The notes beneath the pieces are model-generated. The model worked only from the letters and a program-made list of their open reading frames with translations. It had not been told where the DNA came from and searched no databases. Made by a program: the position numbers and the translations under genes. From Lama glama (lineage: Eukaryota): DNA of 64,000 nt. The DNA is taken from positions 40,176,001-40,240,000 of the forward strand of contig CM052841.1 in assembly GCA_028534125.1 (NCBI GenBank). Reading direction: 5' to 3'. Of the stretch, positions 1 to 13,170 are shown in pieces; within the stretch, counting starts at the first letter, position 1; each line of letters opens with the position of its first letter.

Positions 1-169
1 ACATGCAGTGGTGTCCTAGTACCATACACACGACACAAACTGGACACGGTGGCAACAGTGGCCGGGTGGGTCGGCGGGGCCACCAGCTCCTCCACATCTG
101 GGCCCTGTCACAGAGCACGACTCACAGGGTCCGCACAGCCACGGGGTAGAGGAGGGACAAGTGCTCGGC

Positions 170-301
170 NNNNNNNNNNNNNNNNNNNNNNNNNNNNNNN
201 NNNNNNNNNNNNNNNNNNNNNNNNNNNNNNNNNNNNNNNNNNNNNNNNNNNNNNNNNNNNNNNNNNNNNNNNNNNNNNNNNNNNNNNNNNNNNNNNNNNN
301 N
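170..301. other. Assembly gap (132 N)
   Basis: Run of N. Confidence 1.
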
Positions 302-2324
302 GCTCCTGTGAACAAAGTGCAGAGATGATTAGGATCTGCTTGGGACGAGGAAGGGGGTCGGGGGGCTGAGGATCAGGAAAGCAATTCTCAGAGAGCCACT
401 CAGTTCTGCTCTGAACAAGGCTATGTCATGTATTCATATTCCTTACCCCAAAGAATTCTTCTGGCCAAATCCCTGCTAAGGTACAAGGATTCCTCTGGGA
501 CAGGAGAGATCCCAGCCAGGAACAGGGCCTGAGACCAGCTTAAATGTGGTTGCACTTAAGAGCTCCCCTAATCCCAGCAGTGCACCAGGAACCAGCAGCA
601 AACACGGCTGCAGGAGAGTCTTCTGACCTTGAGAGCTTTGGGGGACTTCTTCAGGAAAACAGACACACCCCTAAACTTGGCCCCTCTTCCTATTACTGAT
701 GTAGACAAGAAATTACACCTTGCCTGGCAGGCACAGTGTTTAAGACCCCATGCCCTGACAAGTGGGCAGGGCAGGGGTCATCACCCCGACTTTACAGATG
801 AGGAAACAGAGGCTCCCCCTTCATCAGGATGGAACTATCATTAGGAAGGGGATGCCTTGCCAAGGACTACAATTCCCAGCCTCCCTTGTAACCACTGTAG
901 CCATGTGAGAGACTCGTTTTCGCCACTAGAATGTGGGGAGAATGTGGGCTTTCTCCCTCTACCCCTACTCAGGCACTCTCCTCTCTGTGCTTCCTTCCTC
1001 TCCAAGGCCCAGCCTGAGCATCTCCTTGGCCAGGAAGTCTTCCAGGCTCTTACAGGCAGAGCTCCTTTCTCCCTCTGACTGCATGGAGGACACGCCTCCA
1101 TCAGCACATGCCTGAATGAACTGAATGAATTGTGATTACTTATCCATCCTCCCAATTTCCCTGAGAGCTCCAGCGCAGGGCCTAGGCTCTGTGCCCACCA
1201 TGCCTGGTGTCTGCTGAAAAGGGCAGTGGGTGGGCTCCTCGGAGGTCAGAGCAGAGCCCTGTGCCCATGACCCTCACAGCCTGCCAGCTGCACCAGCATG
1301 GTGGGTGGAGCGCTGCTTCTGCCTGGCCTTTAGCGGACCTCTCCCACCCCCACCCAGGACTCTGCTCACATCGGATGGCTAACACCTCCATCCACCTGCC
1401 TTGCCCAGGCTGCCCTTTCCCTGTCCATTCAGCTCCAAGCCTGGCCTTCTATGATTTTGCCACCACACCTGTGGATGGCTTGGCTTCCAAAAGCATGGTC
1501 CAATTTACTGGGTGTGTGTCACTGAGTGAGAGAACTGGGGCTCTGATCTCCTGTGCCTTCTCCAAAGCCCATCCCCACCCTGGGTGAGGCCGAGAGCTCC
1601 AATGCGGACATAGATTTGCAGTTTTGCAGCCCCTCTGGGCTTTGGTTCTTCTTGCTTTAGCTACGCCCACGCCAGAACTCTCTTCCAGCCAGAACGGATT
1701 CCCCACGCTTACCAGTGCCTGCTCTATTAATGTGTCAATTTGGACTCTAGGATCATTTTCACATGGGCAGAGCAAATGCTTAATGAAGTGCAGGCACTGA
1801 GCAACACATCTGCTCATAATGTATTTAGAAGTGTCACCCTCAGCTTAAAGGAAATCGTTCAGAGAGCAATTATGTTTCAAGGGAGGATAATTCCTGTGAA
1901 GAACTGAAATTTAAATCAAGATTTTTTAAGGTTGACAATGTTCTAATTACAGAGACTGAGGCAAGTTCTGCTCCACAGTGAAGGGTCATTTCACTGGAGA
2001 ATTGCTTCGACACATCTGAGAAGCAGGAGGCGCACTTGCTTAAGCCATTAGAAAGGAACTGATGAGAGCATTAAGTATAAAAACTGCGCAACTCCATCTG
2101 AGCTAAGACTCTGCTACCCACCTTGTTGGAGAGATTGCAAATCTGTGCTGGCCAGGAAAGGACTGTGATTGCTGGAATAAAGTGTCGAAATTAGGTGGCT
2201 AAGGAAACCAGGAATAGTTACAAAGCTTTGTGCTCTTGGAGGCCACATGTTCAGCTTTGCCTGCAAAAGGGGTGTGTAGGTTGGGGAGCAGGGATGGAAC
2301 TGCAGGTGAATGATGCAGAAGAGA

Positions 2325-2357
2325 GTGTGTGTATGTGTGTGTGCGCGCGCGCGTGTG
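2325..2357. repeat. (TG)n(CG)n compound microsatellite
   Basis: gtgtgtgtatgtgtgtgtgcgcgcgcgcgtgtg: uninterrupted purine-pyrimidine alternation. Confidence 0.9.
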
Positions 2358-4509
2358 GCCTTGGACATGCCCTGCCCTGCATGGGGTGATGTTTTGGGTT
2401 TTATGTACCACAGATCCACAGCTGGGAGAGCAAAGCCTAGGATGTGTTAGATCACAGCAACCAGCCTTGAGCTGGTCTGACTGCTGCAGCTCTGCAGGCA
2501 CGGCAGGGGTGAAGTTGCAGGGGGAGCTGATGTAACTTCTAAGGTTAAGGAAAATAACTCATATGGGTTAATGCGATATTTTCACACCAGCTGTTCTTAA
2601 AACATCCAGTGAGGGAAGTGGGCAGGGATGGTGGCAACAGCTGCCAGATCAGAGATGGGAGCTGAAGCTCCTCTGTTCTCAGCCGAGGGCTCGCTACAGC
2701 CACCAGGTATAGAAACTCCACACTGACACCTCCACCTCAGACACTGGCAGCTGCCAGCACTGACCTGTGGTCCCTCCTGACTCTCCAGGCCCAGTGTTTC
2801 TTCCCCTGACGCTGGTGTTTCAGTACATGCTAGTTTATAACTCTGAGCTGGGCTGTGCCAAGGGGCAGGTAGTTATGAAGTTCAGAGACCAAGACAGGAC
2901 TCAGGCCTGTGACCCTCAAGTCCATGGCCTGACCATTCCCTGCAGAGGGAGAAAGGCCCAGGAGCCAGCCCTCACATTAGAGCCCTTGTAGGAATGGCCC
3001 TTCCCCTGGGCTCAAGCACTGCACTCTGGACCTCAGGGTGGTTCTCTGGACCTCAGGCTGTCCTTGGGCCACGCTGGGCCATCCCAGCCCCCACTGGATC
3101 CACAGGGAGGCTGACTGGATGGCCTCAGAGGGCACTTCTGGGTCTAAGGTCCTGGATCCTGTGTTTATAAACATAATTTGCTGCCCACTTGGTGAGGGCT
3201 TCCGCAGCCTCACCGCCCCCTCCACTGTTGCCCCAGGCCTCCAGTCCTGCTCTCACTGGGCATGGGCCCGGATGGCCTTCGGGGTCGATATTTCCTGGGC
3301 ACTTCCTGTGAGCCAAGCCCTGTGCTGAGCACTGATGGGAGGTGGCTGGGCCAGGGTCACACAGCAGTCAGCGCCAGTGCTGCTGCTTCTCCTTGGCGAG
3401 CCTTTCCCAAAGCCCACGCTCCTGCCCTCAGCACTGTCCAGTTTCAGGAGGGGCTCTGACTTAGCCCTCAGTGCTCCATGTGGGGCCAGGCAGGGTGGTG
3501 GGCAAGAGGCACCAGACCCTGAGCAAGTGGCTCCTCGACTCTGGGCCTCAGTCCTACCCCACTGGGCTGATGGCAGGTCAGAGCAGCACAGGGGCCTGGA
3601 GTGATCGGGGATGGTGTGTCCTGACTAGCAGAGCGCCCTGCCACAGAGGCAGGGTGGTGACCTATCACACAGGGTTGGCGGGCCCTGCAAAGTGAGCAGG
3701 CTTTCTTTTTGAGACAGTCTGTCAAACCCCGACTCATGCAAAAGTCAGGTTCAAAGTCTTGCCAACATATACCCAAGAAGTGTGCTGTGGTGATACATCC
3801 TGATGGGTCACGAGGTCCCCACAAGTGAGACGCCACCTAACAACAGCTGAAGATTTAAAAACAGCTGCCAGGGGTGGCTTTAATGACCCTCAGCTCTATG
3901 CAGAAGAAGACAGCCAGCCCAAGATAAAAATTCCCAGGGAGGAGGGTGGGTGCCTCAGACAACCAGCATGCACAAGGATGTCGTGGTGCCCTGGACAACG
4001 CTTCTGGAGCAAGAAAAAATCAGGGCACCATCTCATCTCACCCCATCCGCTATCGTGGGATACCCTGGAGGAAACTGAGGTCAGAGAGAGCAGTAAGGTG
4101 GGCTGTGGCTGTGGCCAGAACCCAGGACCCATGAGTGCAGGGTCAGGTAGGCTGGGTCCTGGCCCCTGCCACCTCCCCATCATCATTTCTGGGAAAGCCC
4201 GGGTCCCTGGGGAGCTCAGACAGGCTGCCGCCACCTGCCAAGCTCCTGCGTCAGCCCCGTTTCCTTTGATAGGCCATCTTGCAAGAGCAAAGTCACAATT
4301 AGGGGTGTCTCCAGTGGGTGACCTGTCTAATGAGTCTTGTAAGGCTGGCGGAGGCTAGGGTGCTGGGGCTGTCAGATCACTCATTATCATCACAAAAAGC
4401 ACCTCCTCATCACCAGGATTATCAAACGTGCCTGGCGCGCCGGGCCTAATAACAGGCCCCACCTCGTCTCATAATCATGGGCTTTAATAAAACATCACTC
4501 AGCCCGCAG

Positions 4510-4681
4510 NNNNNNNNNNNNNNNNNNNNNNNNNNNNNNNNNNNNNNNNNNNNNNNNNNNNNNNNNNNNNNNNNNNNNNNNNNNNNNNNNNNNNNNNNNN
4601 NNNNNNNNNNNNNNNNNNNNNNNNNNNNNNNNNNNNNNNNNNNNNNNNNNNNNNNNNNNNNNNNNNNNNNNNNNNNNNNNN
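4510..4681. other. Assembly gap (172 N)
   Basis: Run of N. Confidence 1.
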
Positions 4682-7600
4682 GCCCTTTGGGACTAGCATG
4701 TAGGACCTGGTTACTAGAATCCATACACAGAGGCGATCTCTGGTTCACCTCTATTGAAAGGTGGTTGGGAGCTGCTCTCTTGACTGAGATGCCCCAGAAC
4801 ATTGTCTATCAGCTCAAAACTGTCCATGGCTCCCCAGTGCCACTGCAGAATGCATGCTCGAACCCCCTGTGCACCAGGCTGAGCTGAGCCGTTGCCACGT
4901 GTTATCTCATTTAAGCCCACAGCAATGTTGCTCAGTTGCTTAGTGTAACTCTTGTTCTGTGCGGATGGGGAAACAGGCTGCAGGAGGCTGTGTGCTCTGT
5001 CCCATGGGACATGGTGCAGCTAGGATTTCACTACATCGGACTGATTCTGAAGCCTGTGTTCTCTTAGCCTGTGGTGAGCATTCAAGGCCCTGAAACTATG
5101 ACTGCAGCCTTATCTTCCCCTGCTCAGCCACCCAAGCAGATCGATCCTGGTGTCCAGGTGGGCCTTTAAACTCTTTCTGCCCTGCAGCTCTGTGAGCTGC
5201 TGAGGTCAGGAACCCTGTTCATTGTGACATTTCTCAACAGGCCAAGCCTTACTCCCCTCTGGGCCCTCAGCACATGCCTGGCACACAGCTGGGCACTCTG
5301 TCCTTCTATCTGTCCATCCATCCATCCAGCAGTTACCTAGTGAGGGTCTGTCCTGAGCCAGGGGGACAAGGCTCCATGCATCCTCTTCTCTGGACAGCAA
5401 ACTCCTGAGGGCAGGCTGGTGGTCAGTCCACCCTGTCCTGTCCCCAGTGTGGTCCAGCCAGGGTAGAAGCTGCCTCCTCCAAGGCCAGACACAGTGGCTG
5501 CTTTGCTTGGCAGCCCTGGTCCCAGAAAAAGCCTGCAGAGCAAGTTTCGTGAGGGGCAGAGCCATGGGGAGCATGCAGAGGGTCACCCCTGCAGTGGGTA
5601 CAAAAGCACCTGCCTCTCAAATCAGAAAGAGAAAGCTTGCCTGAGGGAAGCCACAGGGAAGAATGGGTCAAACCCCTCTCTTTCCCTGGGATTTGAAAAT
5701 AAATCATTTCTGGGGCCACTGAGCCGACCAGTGCCCCTGCCCGGGCCTAGATAAAATGTGATATGTGATACAAGTTCTCTCTTAAAGCCCCGGCTTCCTG
5801 ATGGCCCAGGCCCTGTCTGCTCTGGAGCCCAGCAGGTCTCTAAGTGGCTGTATCCCCTCCTCTTCTAGTAGGGTCATTTAAATTAAACAATTGAATCTTA
5901 CATTTTGCAAGATTCCTGGGGAGATAGGTAAGAGCAGAGAAAGGAGGAGACAGTGCATTTGAAATGCTCTCAACAGTTGGTTGCAGGATGATTCTCAGGG
6001 GAGGGAGGTGTCACAGGTCCTCTGCTGTCTGTGAACATGACAATGGCCACCAGCGCTCACCCGCAGGGCCTCAGTGTACAGGCCCTGAGACCAGCAGGGG
6101 AGGGCATGAGACCAGCCGGACGGGTCCTTCTGTCCCCACAGGTGTGCATTCAAGTCAGGGTGGAGAAGGGCACAGGCATTTGTGCTGAATTAATGGGGGA
6201 CAGGTGTGGTTCCTGGCCTGGCTCTGATGCTGATCTGCTGTGACCTTGGGTGAGGGAGCCGGCCTGGAGGGTGACCATGGCAAGATACTTCCTGCCTCAA
6301 TGGCTACCTAGAGGCCTACAAAACAGGTACTTCCTGCCATAAGCCCACCCCATGGTTGGCAATGCTGCCTCTGCGAGCAAATGGCTCTGAACTGTCTGCT
6401 CTTTGATCTCCAGCGAGGTGGGATATAACAAACTTTCCTCGCCATGCCTGTGAGCAAGGTGCCACCACTCCAGAAACAGTGTGCGTGCCTGCAGAGAAGC
6501 ATGTTCTGAGGAGAGCCCTGGGACTGAAGTGGGAGAGAAATACCCAGATCTCAAGTGATGGGGGACCTCCGGGGAAAGGTACCTGGCTGACATCTCCTGA
6601 GGGCCTACTGCGTGCAGGCCAGCATCTGCACACACAACTTTCAGCACAGGGCCTGGGAGCCAGGCACACAAATAGGAACATGACAGCCGCTGCTGCCCTC
6701 GGTCTGTAACTGGACCAACCTGTAGCTTCACAAAGAAGCTGGGACGGCTGGTGCTCTCTGCAAGGCATCCACTGCACACACAAGGACACCGGGGGCCAGA
6801 GGGAGAAACAACCTGCCTGGGTCGCAGTGAGACAACTCCAGGGCTTTCCGAGCCAGAGGACCAAGACGTGAGTCCTAGTCGTGTGATGGGTTCTCTAACT
6901 GTGTAAAGCATGGAGTAGGGGGCATGGAGGACCCTTCCAGCTGAGACATTCAAGGAGCTGAGGGAGCTGGGGGAAGGGGCTTACGCGGTCACACACCACC
7001 CACTGCCTTCTGAAACAGCCTTCAGGGTGACAAGCCAAAGACATATGCACCAAGTTATAGCGAACAAACATCTAAATGTGAACACCGCTGAGCCCAACAA
7101 CTTGATTTACAACCAAATAATTAGACTTCAATAAACGGATCGGCAGCAGTTAGCCTCCCCGAGAAGCCTGGGCATTTCTCAAGCTCTAAGTTGGCGGCTC
7201 AGGGTGAGGGCCTTCAGTAAATCACGATGAAAAGCCACCTCCAGGCAGAAGGAGAGCTGGTAGACGCATCTCCTGGCAAACATGGAGAGGCAGGAGGCTT
7301 GTTTTGTGCCACACAATGCAGCAGGTAGGTCCAAATGAATTCATCTGGGGCAACTTTCTCAGTAGTGTCAGACAGGAAGATTTTAATGATCAAGACTGCC
7401 AGCTGAGGGAGTGAGCCTCCCATGACTGGGAGTGTGTAAGTGGGAGGGTAATGACACATGGGGGTCAAGCTGGATGACTTTTGCAGTCCTTTTGGTTGGT
7501 GTTCCCATCAGTCCTCAGGCTCGGCTAAGTGCACATGAAAACTGCAAGGGAAGGGTGGAGGCAGGGGTGACATATGAGATGTTGTCAGAGCTTTAGGAAG

Positions 7601-8064
7601 GGAAAAAGGGTCTAGCATGCTTTCCTATTTCCTATTCTAGGAATACAAAGACTCTTTGTGTTTGGAGCAGGTGGGGTTGGTGGTGGTGCCTGGACTGAAG
7701 TCAGATGCCTGGGTTCAAACTCTGATCCCACTGATGTCTTTGGCTGGGCAGGTCCCCTCTCCCTGAGGCTCAGCAACCCCATCTGGAAAAGGAAGAGGGG
7801 GTCCTTCCAGTGCTGAAGCTCTCAAACCAACGAGAGACATCACAGGGGTGTGGGGGCTGCGCCAGCATCAGCAGGAAGACAAAGGCAGGGCAAGATGGCC
7901 ATCCTCACGCTGAGGAAAGGCAGTGAATCCCTGGGCTCGGGATGGCACAATGGCAAAAGCAGGCTTCTTAACACCTGTGCCAACAGGACGGACAGAGTGC
8001 ATTCAGGCCTGGAGGGTCTCCTTCTACTAGGACAAGCCCTTCTCAGCCCATACTCTCCGTGGAG

Positions 8065-8236
8065 CACTGGCTCTCGACTGGGCCAAGTCTACCTCCCTCT
8101 GGGGGTATTTGGCAATGTGTGGAAACATGGGAGCTGCTGGCATCCATGGGCGGAGGTCAGGGATGCTGCGTAACAGCCTATGATACACAGGACAGTCCCC
8201 ACAACACAGAATAATTCAGCCCCAAATTTCAATAGT
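8065..8236 (+). mobile_element. MER20 (hAT-Charlie) non-autonomous DNA transposon
   Basis: atttggcaatgtgtggaaacat...ctggcatc...gaggtcagggatgctgc.taa...acaggacagtccccacaacacagaataattcagccccaaatttcaatagt follows the MER20 consensus as I recall it. Confidence 0.82.
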
Positions 8237-9792
8237 CACCTAGTGCCTCAAATCCTTCATCTATGAAATGGGAATAACAAAAGTTCACCCTCACAGGAGT
8301 GGTAAGGGGTCAGTGAGAACATTGTGTGAATGAAGCATGAACACCTGATACATGTTAGTCGTGTGGCTCCTCACTTAAGGGCTTAAGACAGCCCAGAATT
8401 TGCCAGAAGGCTTGGCTACAAAGGGCTTCAGGCTATTTCCAAGGACCAATCCCAGACTGCACCCCCAACCAGCAAGTGCAGGGGAAAGACACCACACCTG
8501 AAGGAAGGTCCAGAACAAGGACTGGGCAGATATTGGGCAAAGGCAGCTGTGGGGTGAGCACCAGCTGCCATAGAGAGGAACTTGAGGGGCACAATGGCTT
8601 CCTTAGGCAAAGGGGGAGCTGGAAACCTGGGGTCGACCCAGGTGAGGCTGGAGAGTGAGACGAGGGGAGCATGTCTGGGCGAGGAGGCAAGACAGCCCTG
8701 AAAGGTAAGTGCAGGGGTCCCCCACCTGCAGACCCAGGGGACCCAGACCCGGGTCCAAGTCCCGGCCTGCCACTTCTGAGCCGTGTCTCTCTCTAAGCCT
8801 CAATTCCTCCTCTGTGGGAAGGAGTTCTCACTGCCCATCCATAAGAGCTGACCCAAGGTCTGAGCTGGATGGTGCATGAGAATGTTGGGCAGGTGCTGCG
8901 GCTCAGGGTTCAGATGTGGCTTGGTTTCTACTTGCCCTGCGGGAGCCTGCATACAAGTTGCTGCCCATCTGGTTTGTCTTGCTGGCTCCGTGCTGCCCAG
9001 ACTGAGTGCTGAGCGTGTCTCCCCGTCTGCCTGGTCTGCGGTTCACGGTCACGTTGGCAGTAGCTCCGCCTCCTCCAGCTGGGCAGCCCGCCTGGCTGGG
9101 GTGGGAGGCTGGGTTTTGGCCCCAGCTCTGTCGCTGGGTGACAGTGGGCAGGGTGTTTTCTTCCCTGAGATCAATTTCCCCAAACATCAAGTGGTATTTC
9201 ACGACACCCTCAAAAGCACATTGTTACACACTGGGATCCATGAGAAAGCAAAATGGGAAGGATGAGGAAAGAGGCTCCTCTGCTTAAAAAATAGTGGTCA
9301 TAGATGGTCTATGGCATTTCTTAAGTACCTACTGCATGTACTGCTCTGTATTCAACATTTCTGAGGGAGACAAGACACTAAGCAGAGGCTTTTGAGATCA
9401 TCTGTTTTCCTGCCTTATTTTATAGGTGATACCAAGACCCAGAGAGGGTGGAGGTTTGCTCCTACTCTCTAGTGAATCAGGGACCAGAATGCCCCCACCC
9501 TCACCCTGCGCCATCAGTTGGAGGGGATTCTCGGGCACTACCAGGAGCCTCTGTATGTTCTGAATAGGCAGTGATGGCTGTGACAAGGTGGGGATACGGG
9601 GGGGGGGGCAGGCAGCAATCCCCCCACTCCCCAGTACTCATCCTTATCCTCAAAGCACAGGGCTTACCCTTACTATCTCCTGACCCAACTCCTTTCCTGG
9701 TGGGGGTTTCCCTTGCTAACTGACCAAATGAGATTAGGTGCTTTGTGGGGGACTAACCTACAAAGCACCAGATCCAACTTACAGTTTCACTT

Positions 9793-9838
9793 AAAAACAA
9801 AACAAAACAAAACAAAAAACAAAAAACAAGAAAGAAAA
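9793..9838 (+). repeat. (AAAAC)n A-rich simple repeat
   Basis: aaaaacaaaacaaaacaaaacaaaaaacaaaaaacaagaaagaaaa. Confidence 0.9.
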
Positions 9839-10383
9839 TTCAGAAAGGCTTTTAAAAACTGCAAGCTAAATCAGACCTACCTGCTTGGTGGTCCTGCCTG
9901 TAACCTGAGGGCACTTTCCTCCTCCCTGGAATTTCAAAGGCACACAGTTGACTGTAAGCCACCCAGACACCCTGGCCAAGGGTCTTTTGCAAATCATGTG
10001 AATGACAGCGGTTTTCAGTGGGAGACACTCCCAGAAGTCCTTGCGGATCTGGGCCTCAGTGTCTTCATCGGTAAACTGGGGAGTAGATTATGATGTTCCC
10101 TAAAGTCCACTGAAAGCAAATGGAAAGAGGTCTGAACTGAACGTGAGGGACCTGGTCCCAGCCCTGGCTCCTGCCCTCTTGAGCCTCAGTTTCCCCATCT
10201 ATACAACAAAGGGACAGGACTAGATGACTGACCACTGAGGTCCTGCAAACCTCTAAACCTTTGAAGCTTAGCTCACAGGAGATGCTCACATCACACAATG
10301 AGGAAGGGATGACTATTTAGATATTAAACAAAAGGACTTAACTTCATTACAGGAACCCCAGAGTCTCAGGGCTGGAAGCGCTG

Positions 10384-10550
10384 CACAGGTTTCTCAAAAA
10401 TAAAGTGTTTTCAAATGTGCCCCAGAATGCCCACATCACAGTCCCTGTGGACTTGCTAAGCCTGCAGCTCCCTGGGCCTCTCTGGAACCAGACTCTGCCT
10501 TTAACACGCTCCCCGAGAGATTTCCACGCACATTCAAGTTTGAGAACCAC
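10384..10550. mobile_element. MER5-family (hAT-Charlie) MITE
   Basis: Terminal inverted ends ggtttctcaaa ... tttgagaaccac; internal tttaacacgctcccc.gagatttccacgcacattcaagtttgagaacc. Confidence 0.7.
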
Positions 10551-12229
10551 CATTCTAATTCTGATGATGGAAAGTCCTATGTAACATACCCATCTTGTGT
10601 CCAGTTTTTGTTGCTTACCCCTAGCGTTGGGGAGCTTACTCCCTACCAAGACAATACTTTCTGACCTTTGATGGCTCTGCCTATGGGAAAGTCCTTCCAT
10701 GTTCTGAGCTGAAATATGATTTAGAGTAGCCTACTGATATCATCACTGAGCTCCGGTTCCCGCAGGCCACAGCTGCTCTGCCTGCCCTGGGAAGGCCCGG
10801 TGGAGAGCGGAAGACCGAAGCAAGAGCAAACCTGAGGCTGCTCTTCTCTCTCCAGCTGTCCTCATGAGGCAGAAGCCCCTGTCCTATCCTGTGTCCCCCT
10901 AATGATCACGATCTCTCATACACTGGGGGCCTGCAACTGGACATTGACCCCAGTGGGTCTGTCCCACTTGGCCATCAGCCCTTCTTCTGGATATGACTCC
11001 ACTGCCAATGTGGACACCACAAGCCTTCTACCTCCTCCTGATCCCAAAGGACAGGATCTCATTGACACGCAAGTATCAGTGGGTATAGACAACATGCACC
11101 TCCTGACCAAACCAAAAGGGGCCCCAGTCAAAGCACATTAAGAAGCAAAAGCTCACTGGCTATGGACACACTTGGAAGGTTTGCAAAGGCAATTTTGGAA
11201 GGTCACCATCAGCCCTTAGTAATCTGGGCTTTGGAGGGCGAATCCTCTCATGTTGAGCATTCATTCTGGCAGCTTCTTGACAACCTCCGTCCACAGGGTG
11301 GAGAGTTTTCTCAGAATTAAATCTCTGGCTCTTTGCTCCCTAATGAAATTGATTTCTGCCTTGATACACAACAAAGCTTTCATTTTATTATTTGGCTAGG
11401 GTTTGACCACATTAATTACAGTTTTTTTTTTCTAGCATGGCTGCGAGTAATTGAGTTCCAGAAAGTTACTTACTATTGGAACAGATTGGTTTTTTAAAAG
11501 CACAACTCCTACAAAAGTAAGACACTCAATCCTTTGTCACAGAAGATTTTTGGGGGTAAGATTGGAACAATTCAGGATGGGAAAAAGTATTTTTTTAGCT
11601 TGAAAACCTGAACTCAAAATAGAATTATGCTAATATTTGGAGATGGTGAATCTGAAATGTGGGTGTGCCCAGCACATACCATCTCATGCATTTGCTGCCT
11701 CAGTGGTTCCATCATCACTTGTGTCACAACTCATATAGTGCCCCAAGTTTTTAATCATTATTATTGGCACAATTCTACTTGCTTCAGAGGATATGCTACA
11801 GAAGCCTGTTCAAATCAATTTCTAACACCAGGTAGCAGAGACTGAAAAGCGCCTGCCCGGCACCTCGTAAATGCATTTTTCCCTGGGAGGCTGTGTTCAG
11901 CTCTGGTGGGGTATACACCTTTAGTGTCAGGTGGAAATGATGGGCACACGACTGCTCTTTGGCAAGGTCGGGGGTGGGAAGGAATCGTGGGAAAGATAAA
12001 GGACCGACAATGCAGAAAGAATGCCATGGGGAGACAGAGGAGCTGACTGAGACTTTGGAGTTCACAAGGCACATCTCTGTCCACAATTATTAATCACCCG
12101 GGCCAAGGCAGGGCTTATGTGAAGGGGACAAATGAAAACTCAAATTGGCACCACAGAGAGAGGGGACACTGCACAAACTCTCCTCTAATCCCAAACCTAA
12201 TTACCCTTCTACCTCGCTGTTACTTCTCA

Positions 12230-12452
12230 ATACATTACTATCCTCCAAAGCCCTGCTCATATGCCACCTCCTCCAGGAAGCCTTCCAAGATGCCACCAGT
12301 CAGACTTACTTTCTTCCCCACTTACTTATTCTCTGCCACACCTCCCTCCATCACAACACTCACCTATTGCTTGTCCCCTTACCCAGACCACGAGCTTAGA
12401 GTCTGACATGCCTTTGTCACCCCATCCAGTCAAAGGCCCAGTGCCTAGTAGG
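12230..12452 (+). mobile_element. LINE-2 3' fragment
   Basis: atgccacctcctccaggaagccttcc...cagtgcctag. Confidence 0.55.
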
Positions 12453-13019
12453 AATGCAGCAGTGACAGGTGCACTGCTGACCTGTCACCCCTGCCCTGAA
12501 AGCCTGTGCTGAGAATGTGGCAGGCTGGTCCCCAAGCCGCCGGGGGCCGTAAGCAGCATGTAGACTTTCAAAAGGAGAACAGGAAAAAAAAAAAAAGCTT
12601 CTAATTAAAGCATTTCTAATAAGCCAGCTTTGCCAAAAGCAATTGTTTCTGATATTCCTCCTGGGTGAAGCAATCTTTGAAAAAAAAAAAAAAAGGCATT
12701 GAAAGTGGCAGAAAGCACCCAGGGGTGGAAGGAGGACGGTAGCTGCTCACTGGGGGTGCTACCCAGCAAAGGGCAGGTTTAGGGCACTCTAAGAACCAGG
12801 CATGGAACAGGCCCCACCCCAGCAAAGTGGAAGAGTGTGTATACGTGTATGTGACATACACACGTGCACAGCAAAAAATTTTTATAGCTTTAGCATTTGA
12901 ACTGTGGAAGCAAAGACAAGAGCTATAAAATCTGACATCTGATTTTATAAATCTGCCTCAAATACCAAGAACGTTTATGGAGAAAATGGAAGAAAATACA
13001 GTGGTATGGGGCTCAGAAG

Positions 13020-13170
13020 GGTAATAACCCTGGGAATGGGAGTTGAGACATCTGGGCTCCAGCAACTCACTGCGGGACCTTGGGAAGGTCCTTTCCCCTC
13101 CGTGTGCCTGTTTCTTTCATCTCAAAGCCAGGATCTTGACCTGGATGATTCAAGACCCTTCTAGTTGCAA
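13020..13170 (+). mobile_element. MIR SINE fragment
   Basis: actcactgcgggaccttgggaaggtcctttcccctc..gcctgtttctttcatct core. Confidence 0.5.

Noticed and set aside
3024-3057. Short direct repeats (CTCTGGACCTCAGG twice; similar two-copy repeats near 44620-44670, 58195-58215 and 63505-63548)
   Set aside because: Two-copy slippage duplications with no array structure; ordinary for mammalian introns.
6297-6953. Longest ORFs in the track (218 aa and 182 aa)
   Set aside because: No recognisable domain, non-ATG starts, and composition typical of random GC-rich intron.
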